Assembly (NCBI RefSeq): GCF_003324675.1
Contig: NZ_CP030918.1
Coordinates: 1,290,001 to 1,322,000, forward strand
Length of the DNA: 32,000 nt
Direction: 5' to 3'
DNA from: Paracoccus suum
GTDB taxonomy: Bacteria; Pseudomonadota; Alphaproteobacteria; Rhodobacterales; Rhodobacteraceae
Below are positions 26,220 to 32,000 of the stretch, one piece after another (within the stretch, counting starts at the first letter, position 1; every line of letters begins with the position of its first letter). The position numbers and the translations under genes are program-made. The notes beneath the pieces are model-generated. The model was not told the DNA's origin, searched no databases, and saw only the letters and a list, made by a program, of their open reading frames with translations.

Positions 26220-27122
26220 ATGCTTCGCACAGGTGTAATCGCCAAGAAGCTGGGCATGACCCGGCTGTTCCTCGAGGATGGACGCCAGGTTCCGGTGACC
26301 GTCCTGCACATCGACAATCTGCAGGTTGTCGCGCAGCGCACCGCCGAGAAGGATGGCTATGTCGCCGTCCAACTGGGTGCGGGCGAGGCCAAGGCCAAGC
26401 GCGTGTCCGGCCCGATGCGCGGTCACTTCGCCAAGGCGAACGTGGCGCCCAAGCGCAAGATCGCCGAGTTCCGCGTGAGCGAGGACAACCTGATCCCGGT
26501 CGGCGAGGAAATCATCGCCGCCCACTACTTTGCGGGTCAGTTCGTCGACATCGCCGGCATCTCGATCGGTAAGGGCTTTGCCGGTGCCATGAAGCGTCAC
26601 AACTTTGGCGGCCTTCGGGCGTCGCATGGTGTGTCGGTGAGCCACCGCTCGCACGGGTCGACCGGCCAGTGCCAGGACCCGGGCAAGGTGTTCAAAGGCA
26701 AGAAGATGGCTGGCCATCTTGGTGCCGTGCGTGTCACCACCCAAAACCTGCAGGTCGTCAAGACTGACGCCGAGCGTGGCTTGGTGATGGTCAAAGGGTC
26801 GGTCCCCGGCAGCAAGGGTGGCTGGGTCACGATCAAGGACGCAGTCAAGAAGGCGACCCCGGACAACGTGATCTACCCCGCCGCGCTGCGCAGCGCCGCG
26901 CGTGAGGCCCTGCGCCTCGCCGAGGAAGCCGCCGCCGCCGCCGCCGCCGAGGAAGAAGCCGCGCGTCAGGCTGCGCTGGAGGCCGAGGCCGCCGCGCAGG
27001 AAGCCGCGCTCGCCGAGGCCAATGCCTCGATCGAGGCCGACAAGGCCGCTTCCGATCCGAACGCCGACAAGAATGAGGCCTCGACCGAGGCCGCGCCCGA
27101 GGAGAAATCCGATGAAAGCTGA
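26220..27122 (+). CDS. rplC: 50S ribosomal protein L3 with long Ala/Glu-rich C-terminal extension
   Basis: [15 protein letters not shown]... [37 protein letters not shown]. 300 aa, of which roughly the last 85 form a low-complexity acidic tail. Confidence 0.97.
   Translation: MLRTGVIAKKLGMTRLFLEDGRQVPVTVLHIDNLQVVAQRTAEKDGYVAVQLGAGEAKAKRVSGPMRGHFAKANVAPKRKIAEFRVSEDNLIPVGEEIIAAHYFAGQFVDIAGISIGKGFAGAMKRHNFGGLRASHGVSVSHRSHGSTGQCQDPGKVFKGKKMAGHLGAVRVTTQNLQVVKTDAERGLVMVKGSVPGSKGGWVTIKDAVKKATPDNVIYPAALRSAAREALRLAEEAAAAAAAEEEAARQAALEAEAAAQEAALAEANASIEADKAASDPNADKNEASTEAAPEEKSDES
26928..26948 (+). repeat. (GCC)7 trinucleotide repeat encoding Ala7 within the L3 tail
   Basis: Seven consecutive in-frame gcc codons, read directly. 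Confidence 0.95.
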
Positions 27123-27747
27123 TGTGATCTCGTTCGCGTCGGCGGACTCCGGGTCGATTGACCTGCCCGACGACATCTTCGGCCTGACCCCGCGCGCCGA
27201 CCTGCTGCACCGCGTCGTGCGTTGGCAGCGTGCCAAGGCCCAGGCCGGCACGCACTCGACGCTGGGCAAGTCGGACGTGTCCTACTCGACCAAGAAGATT
27301 TATCGCCAGAAGGGCACGGGCGGTGCTCGCCACGGCTCGCGCAAGGCGCCGATCTTCCGCAAGGGTGGCGTCTACAAGGGTCCGGTGCCGCGCAGCCATG
27401 CGTTCGACCTGCCCAAGAAGGTCCGCGCCCTGGGTCTGATGCATGCCCTGTCGGCGAAAGCCAGCACGGGCGATCTGGTGATCCTCGAGGATCTGAACCT
27501 GACCGATGCCAAGACCGCGTCCGTTGCCAAGGCAATGCGCGAAAAGGGCTGGAAGCGGGTTCTGGTGATCGATGGTGCCGAGGTGAACGAGGGCTTTGCC
27601 CGCGCCGCCCGGAACCTCGAAGGGGTCGATGTGCTGCCGTCGATGGGCGCGAATGTTTATGACATCCTGCGCCGTGACACGCTGGTCATCACCCGTGCGG
27701 GTGTCGAGGCGCTGAATGCCCGCCTGAAAGGGACGGAAGCGAAATGA
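27112..27747 (+). CDS. rplD: 50S ribosomal protein L4
   Basis: MKADVISF... [22 protein letters not shown]. 211 aa. Its ATG overlaps the rplC 3' end by 11 nt, with GGAGA SD. The track ORF from 26902 is an over-extension through the low-complexity region. Confidence 0.97.
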   Translation: MKADVISFASADSGSIDLPDDIFGLTPRADLLHRVVRWQRAKAQAGTHSTLGKSDVSYSTKKIYRQKGTGGARHGSRKAPIFRKGGVYKGPVPRSHAFDLPKKVRALGLMHALSAKASTGDLVILEDLNLTDAKTASVAKAMREKGWKRVLVIDGAEVNEGFARAARNLEGVDVLPSMGANVYDILRRDTLVITRAGVEALNARLKGTEAK

Positions 27748-28040
27748 CCACGAAGCCCGAACATTACGATGTGATCGTCAAGCCGATCATCACCGAGAAG
27801 GCGACCATGGCGCAGGAGGCGAATGCCTTTGTGTTCAAGGTTGCGCCCGATGCGAACAAGCCGCAGATCAAGGAAGCGGTCGAGGCCCTGTTCGGCGTCA
27901 AGGTCAAGGCGGTCAATACCGTCGTGACCAAGGGCAAGACCAAGAAGTTCCGCGGCCGTCCCGGCGTGCGGAGCGACGTCAAAAAGGCCTATGTGACGCT
28001 TGAAGCTGGCAACAGCATCGACGTCTCGACCGGCCTCTGA
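27744..28040 (+). CDS. rplW: 50S ribosomal protein L23
   Basis: 98 aa. [14 protein letters not shown]... ATGA overlap with rplD. Confidence 0.97.
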   Translation: MTTKPEHYDVIVKPIITEKATMAQEANAFVFKVAPDANKPQIKEAVEALFGVKVKAVNTVVTKGKTKKFRGRPGVRSDVKKAYVTLEAGNSIDVSTGL

Positions 28041-28054
28041 TAGACGACCGCGAT

Positions 28055-28087
28055 CCGGCGGCCTGAAGGGCCGCCGGTCGTTATTTT
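28055..28087 (+). terminator. terminator-like hairpin with T-tract between rplW and rplB (intra-operon)
   Basis: CCGGCGGCC-tgaag-GGCCGCCGG (9-bp perfect GC stem) followed by tcgTTATTTT. Confidence 0.45.
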
Positions 28088-28135
28088 GCTGAACGACAAC
28101 GGACCTTTGGTCCAAGGCAACGGAAGACAGAAAGC

Positions 28136-28972
28136 ATGGCACTCAAGTCGTACAAGCCGACGACGCCTGGCCAGCGCGGGCTGGTTCTGATCGACCGTTC
28201 GGAGCTTTGGAAAGGCCGCCCGGTCAAGACCCTTACCCAGGGTCTGACCAAGACGGGTGGCCGGAACAACACCGGACGTGTGACCTCGTGGCACAAGGGC
28301 GGGGGGGCCAAGCGCCTCTATCGCATTGTCGATTTCAAGCGCACCAAGTTCGACGTTTCGGCCGTCGTCGAGCGGATCGAATACGATCCGAACCGCACCG
28401 CGTTCATCGCGCTGCTGAAATATGAAGATGGCGAGCAGACCTACATCCTGGCGCCGCAGCGCCTCGCCGTAGGCGACAAGGTCGTGGCTGGTGCCAAGAC
28501 CGACGTCAAGCCGGGCAACGCGATGCCGTTCAGCGGCATGCCGATCGGCACGATCGTCCACAACGTCGAGCTGAAGCCCGGCAAGGGCGGCCAGATCGCG
28601 CGTTCCGCGGGCACCTATGCGCAGTTCGTCGGTCGTGACGGCGGCTATGCGCAGATCCGCCTCAGCTCGGGAGAGCTGCGTCTCGTGCGTCAGGAATGCA
28701 TGGCCACCATCGGTGCCGTGTCGAACCCCGACCACAGCAACCAGAACCTCGGCAAGGCCGGCCGCAAGCGTCACATGGGCGTGCGCCCGACCGTTCGCGG
28801 TGTTGCCATGAACCCGATCGACCACCCGCATGGTGGTGGTGAGGGCCGGACCTCGGGCGGCCGTCACCCGGTCACCCCGTGGGGCAAGGGCACCAAGGGC
28901 AACAAGACGCGTACGAACAAGTCGACCGACAAGTACATCCTGCGGTCGCGTCACGCGAAGAAGGGGCGCTGA
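28136..28972 (+). CDS. rplB: 50S ribosomal protein L2
   Basis: 278 aa. ...[29 protein letters not shown]. Confidence 0.99.
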   Translation: MALKSYKPTTPGQRGLVLIDRSELWKGRPVKTLTQGLTKTGGRNNTGRVTSWHKGGGAKRLYRIVDFKRTKFDVSAVVERIEYDPNRTAFIALLKYEDGEQTYILAPQRLAVGDKVVAGAKTDVKPGNAMPFSGMPIGTIVHNVELKPGKGGQIARSAGTYAQFVGRDGGYAQIRLSSGELRLVRQECMATIGAVSNPDHSNQNLGKAGRKRHMGVRPTVRGVAMNPIDHPHGGGEGRTSGGRHPVTPWGKGTKGNKTRTNKSTDKYILRSRHAKKGR

Positions 28973-28975
28973 TCC

Positions 28976-29254
28976 ATGGCACGTTCTATCTGGAAAGGCC
29001 CGTTCGTCGACGCCTACGTCCTGCGCAAGGCTGAAAAGTCGCGCGAGGGCGGTCGCTCCGAGGTCATCAAGATCTGGTCGCGTCGCTCGACCATCCTGCC
29101 GCAGTTCGTCGGCCTGACGTTCGGCGTCTACAACGGCCACAAGCACATCCCGGTCGCCGTGACCGAGGACATGATCGGTCAGAAGTTCGGTGAATACTCG
29201 CCGACCCGGACCTACTACGGTCACGCGGCTGACAAGAAAGCCAAGAGGAAGTAA
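28976..29254 (+). CDS. rpsS: 30S ribosomal protein S19
   Basis: 92 aa. [12 protein letters not shown]... [10 protein letters not shown]. Confidence 0.98.
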   Translation: MARSIWKGPFVDAYVLRKAEKSREGGRSEVIKIWSRRSTILPQFVGLTFGVYNGHKHIPVAVTEDMIGQKFGEYSPTRTYYGHAADKKAKRK

Positions 29255-29257
29255 GCC

Positions 29258-29740
29258 ATGGGCAAGGAACAAAACCCGCGCCGCGTGGCCGACAACGAGG
29301 CTTTCGCAAAGACCTCGATGCTGCGCACGTCGCCGCAGAAACTGAACCTGGTCGCAGCCATGATCCGCGGCAAGAAAGTCGACAAGGCGCTTGCCGATCT
29401 GACCTTCTCCAAGCGCCGCATCGCCGGCGACGTGAAGAAGTGCCTGCAGTCGGCCATCGCCAATGCCGAGAACAACCACAACCTCGACGTCGACCAACTG
29501 GTCGTGGCCGAGGCCTGGGTTGGCAAGGGCATGGTCCTCAAGCGTGGCCGCCCGCGTGCGCGCGGTCGGTTCGGCAAGATCATGAAGCCTTTCTCGGAGA
29601 TCACGATCAAGGTCCGCGAGATCGACGTCGCGGCGGCCGAGGCGGCCAAGAAGGCCGCCCGCGCCAAGCGTGCGACCGCGTCGAACCGTCAGGCGGCTGC
29701 AACCGCCTCCGCCCCCGAAGCTGCCGAGGAGCTCGCGTAA
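29258..29740 (+). CDS. rplV: 50S ribosomal protein L22 with Ala-rich C-terminal extension
   Basis: The core ...[17 protein letters not shown]...AIANAENNH...[27 protein letters not shown] aligns to the end of canonical L22. 38 extra residues follow ([38 protein letters not shown]). Confidence 0.97.
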   Translation: MGKEQNPRRVADNEAFAKTSMLRTSPQKLNLVAAMIRGKKVDKALADLTFSKRRIAGDVKKCLQSAIANAENNHNLDVDQLVVAEAWVGKGMVLKRGRPRARGRFGKIMKPFSEITIKVREIDVAAAEAAKKAARAKRATASNRQAAATASAPEAAEELA

Positions 29741-30462
29741 TGGGACAGAAGGTCAACCCCATCGGGATGCGCCTGCAGGTCAACCGCACTTGGGACAGCC
29801 GCTGGTATGCCGATGACCGCGACTACGGGAACCTCCTGCTGGAGGACCTGAAGATGCGCGAGTTCATCCACAAGGAAGCCAAGCAGGCCGGCGTCAGCCG
29901 CGTGGTGATCGAGCGTCCGCACAAGAAGTGCCGCGTCACGATCCATGCCGCCCGCCCGGGTGTCATCATCGGCCGCAAGGGCGCCGAGATCGAAGAACTG
30001 CGCAAGAAGCTGGCGAACTTCACCAAGTCGGAACTGCACCTCAACATCGTCGAGGTCCGCAAGCCCGAGATGGACGCACAGCTGGTCGCGGAATCGATTG
30101 CCCAGCAGCTCGAGCGTCGCGTCTCGTTCCGTCGCGCCATGAAGCGCGCGGTTCAGAACGCGATGCGCATGGGCGCCCTCGGCATCCGCGTCAACGTCGC
30201 CGGCCGTCTGGGGGGCGCCGAGATCGCGCGGACCGAGTGGTATCGCGAGGGCCGGGTGCCCCTCCACACGCTGCGCGCCGACATCGACTATGCCCTGTCC
30301 GAGGCGACGACCCCTTACGGGATCATCGGCGTCAAGGTCTGGATCTTCAAAGGCGAGATCATGGAACATGACCCGCAGGCCCACGACCGTCGCGCCACCG
30401 AGGCGCAAGAGGGTCCTGGTCCGCGCGGTCCGCGCCGTGATCGCGACCGCGACGCGCGCTGA
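29740..30462 (+). CDS. rpsC: 30S ribosomal protein S3
   Basis: [24 protein letters not shown]... 240 aa. TAATG overlap with rplV. The track ORF from 29440 is an over-extension. Confidence 0.98.
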   Translation: MGQKVNPIGMRLQVNRTWDSRWYADDRDYGNLLLEDLKMREFIHKEAKQAGVSRVVIERPHKKCRVTIHAARPGVIIGRKGAEIEELRKKLANFTKSELHLNIVEVRKPEMDAQLVAESIAQQLERRVSFRRAMKRAVQNAMRMGALGIRVNVAGRLGGAEIARTEWYREGRVPLHTLRADIDYALSEATTPYGIIGVKVWIFKGEIMEHDPQAHDRRATEAQEGPGPRGPRRDRDRDAR

Positions 30463-30475
30463 GAGGTAGGAAACC

Positions 30476-30889
30476 ATGCTGCAACCGAAACGGACAAAGT
30501 TCCGCAAGCAGTTCAAGGGCCGCATTCACGGCGAGGCCAAGGGCGGGTTCAACCTGAACTTTGGCAGCTACGCGTTGAAGGCCACTGAACCCGAGCGGGT
30601 CACCGCCCGCCAGATCGAGGCGGCTCGCCGCGCGATCACCCGCCACATGAAGCGCCAGGGTCGCGTCTGGATCCGGGTGTTCCCGGACGTTCCGGTCACC
30701 GGCAAGCCGACCGAAGTGCGGATGGGTAAAGGCAAGGGCTCGGTCGACTACTGGGCGGCCCGGGTCCACCCCGGCCGGATCATGTTCGAGATCGACGGCG
30801 TCGAGGACGACATTGCCCGCGAGGCCCTGCGCCTCGGCGCGATGAAGCTGCCGGTGCTGACCCGCATCGTCCATCGCGAAGACTGGTAA
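30476..30889 (+). CDS. rplP: 50S ribosomal protein L16
   Basis: [19 protein letters not shown]... 137 aa. Confidence 0.98.
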   Translation: MLQPKRTKFRKQFKGRIHGEAKGGFNLNFGSYALKATEPERVTARQIEAARRAITRHMKRQGRVWIRVFPDVPVTGKPTEVRMGKGKGSVDYWAARVHPGRIMFEIDGVEDDIAREALRLGAMKLPVLTRIVHREDW

Positions 30890-30909
30890 GACAGTCCTTC
30901 CCATGAAAG

Positions 30910-30944
30910 AATGCCCCGGCGGAAACGTCGGGGCATTTCCTTTT
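30910..30944 (+). terminator. strong hairpin (12-bp stem, GAAA tetraloop) + T-tract immediately after rplP
   Basis: AATGCCCCGGCG-GAAA-CGTCGGGGCATT then tccTTTT. The T-tract abuts the GGAGG SD of the next ORF. Confidence 0.7.
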
Positions 30945-30957
30945 GGGAGGTGGGGCA

Positions 30958-31455
30958 ATGACCGCGGACAAGGACCCGGACAAAAAGACGCCTACGAAAA
31001 AGAAGGCGATCAGCAGCGATGCCAAGTCGGAGGACGGCAAGGCCAAGAACGGCCCCCGCCTGCTGGCTGGCGGTAACCCCCAGATCCCGAAGGCCGATGG
31101 GGATGCCCCGGTCCAGGATTGGATCGCGGCGGCGCCAGGTTGGAAAAGCGACGTCGCGCGGCGCATCGACAAATTGATCGTCAAGACTGTTCCGGACGTA
31201 CGCAAGGCGGTGAAATGGAACCAGCCGTTCTATGGCGCGCCGAATGATCCCGGCTGGTTCCTGGGAATGCACTGCCTGACCCGCTATCTCAAAATCGCCT
31301 TCTTCAACGGGACCAGCCTCGATCCGCTGCCCCCTGCGGAATCCAAGAAGGCGACAATTCGATACCTTCACGTATTCGAGGACAAGCCGCTGGACGAGGA
31401 CCAGTTCGTCGAGTGGGTCTGCCAAGCGGCAAAAAGGCCAGGCATGAAGCTTTAG
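30958..31455 (+). CDS. DUF1801 (YdhG-like) domain protein with Lys-rich N-terminal tail
   Basis: 165 aa from ATG 30958 (GGAGG 7 nt upstream). The core ...VQDWIAAAPGWKSDVARRIDKLIVKTVPDVRKAVKWNQPFYG...FLGMHCLTRYLKIAFFNG resembles DUF1801. GC is lower (33/60 in two hand-counted lines, against 41/60 in rplP). Confidence 0.7.
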   Translation: MTADKDPDKKTPTKKKAISSDAKSEDGKAKNGPRLLAGGNPQIPKADGDAPVQDWIAAAPGWKSDVARRIDKLIVKTVPDVRKAVKWNQPFYGAPNDPGWFLGMHCLTRYLKIAFFNGTSLDPLPPAESKKATIRYLHVFEDKPLDEDQFVEWVCQAAKRPGMKL

Positions 31456-31605
31456 GCCCACGTCAGGCGCGTCGGCCCAAGTTTACCCTTGCTCTGTGGG
31501 CCCCCAAGGTCTATGGGCAGGCCTTCGTCTCGAAACTCCACCGGGAATCAGGGTTTCCCTGCCATTCAGGGGCCCTCCGGTGATGTTGGTAAAGGAACAC
31601 GCGCA

Positions 31606-31812
31606 ATGAAAGCGCAGGAACTCAACGACAAGACGCCCGAGGCGCTGCGCGAGCAGCTGCTGGCGCTGAAGAAAGAGGCCTTCAACCTGCGTTTCCAGCA
31701 GGCGACGGGTCAGATCGCCTCGACTGCGCGCATGCGCGACGTCAAGCGTGACGTGGCGCGGGTCATGACCGTGTTGAACCAGAAAGCGGCGGCCGCCGCG
31801 GCTTCGAACTGA
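31606..31812 (+). CDS. rpmC: 50S ribosomal protein L29
   Basis: [36 protein letters not shown]... 68 aa. AAGGA SD. The track ORF from 31489 is an over-extension. Confidence 0.97.
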   Translation: MKAQELNDKTPEALREQLLALKKEAFNLRFQQATGQIASTARMRDVKRDVARVMTVLNQKAAAAAASN

Positions 31813-31822
31813 GGAAACCGCC

Positions 31823-32000
31823 ATGCCCCGTCGTATTCTGCAAGGCACCGTGACCAGCGACAAGAACGAGCAGACGATCACCGTCCTCGTTGAGCGTCGC
31901 TTCAAGCACCCCGTGCTGCACAAGATCGTTCGTTCGTCCAAGAAGTACCGGGCGCACGACGCAGCCAACCAGTTCAAGACCGGCGACACCGTCCGCATCA
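31823..32000 (+). CDS. rpsQ: 30S ribosomal protein S17 (3'-truncated by window end)
   Basis: Not in the ORF track because no stop lies in the window. My translation from ATG 31823 is [59 protein letters not shown], with GAGGAA SD. Confidence 0.93.
   Translation, partial: MPRRILQGTVTSDKNEQTITVLVERRFKHPVLHKIVRSSKKYRAHDAANQFKTGDTVRI

Noticed and set aside
26845-27535. Several overlapping ORFs on both strands across the rplC 3' tail (26845..27444 -, 26966..27535 -, 27222..27662 +).
   Set aside because: They are artefacts of the GCC/GAG-rich low-complexity sequence, and the L3 and L4 frames account for the region.
30884-31595. TGGTAA occurs at both junctions of the DUF1801 insertion (30884-30889 and 31587-31592). 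This could be a target-site duplication or a relic of the ancestral rplP end.
   Set aside because: It is only 6 nt with no extended similarity on either side, and a chance occurrence in a 150-nt spacer is plausible.

Overview
This is a high-GC chromosomal segment. Hand counts of single 60-nt lines give about 65-68% GC in the core genes. Protein sequences and gene order suggest an alphaproteobacterium of the Rhodobacterales (Paracoccus/Rhodobacter-like), which is an inference. From about 5.1 kb onward the window holds the conserved transcription/translation supercluster, all on the + strand: tRNA-Trp, secE-nusG-rplK-rplA-rplJ-rplL-rpoB-rpoC, rpsL-rpsG-fusA-tuf, and the S10 operon rpsJ-rplC-rplD-rplW-rplB-rpsS-rplV-rpsC-rplP-rpmC-rpsQ (rpsQ cut by the window end). 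The first 5 kb carries housekeeping and stress genes: a 5'-truncated DUF533/TerB-like gene, cytochrome c' with an overlapping b561-type cytochrome b, a DUF892 (YciE/YciF-like) gene, an ABCB-type exporter and a DUF1003 membrane protein. I found no CRISPR array, IS element, integrase, phage gene or recognisable defence system, and no convincing novel multi-gene system. The supercluster is interrupted four times by non-ribosomal genes. (1) A sulfotransferase-like ORF lies between tRNA-Trp and secE. (2) A DMT transporter and a PF11316-like glycosyltransferase lie between rpoC and rpsL. (3) A reverse-strand, low-GC DUF488+DUF2945 pair lies between tuf and rpsJ. (4) Most unusually, a DUF1801 gene preceded by a strong hairpin terminator lies between rplP and rpmC inside the S10 operon. 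Other points worth follow-up are a promoter-plus-intrinsic-terminator module in the rpsJ leader (candidate attenuator or sRNA), an exact EcfG-type general-stress promoter motif upstream of the DUF892 gene, long Ala-rich C-terminal extensions on L3 and L22, and a diverged 33-nt tandem duplication in rplJ. All family assignments rest on motif recognition by eye, with no database search.
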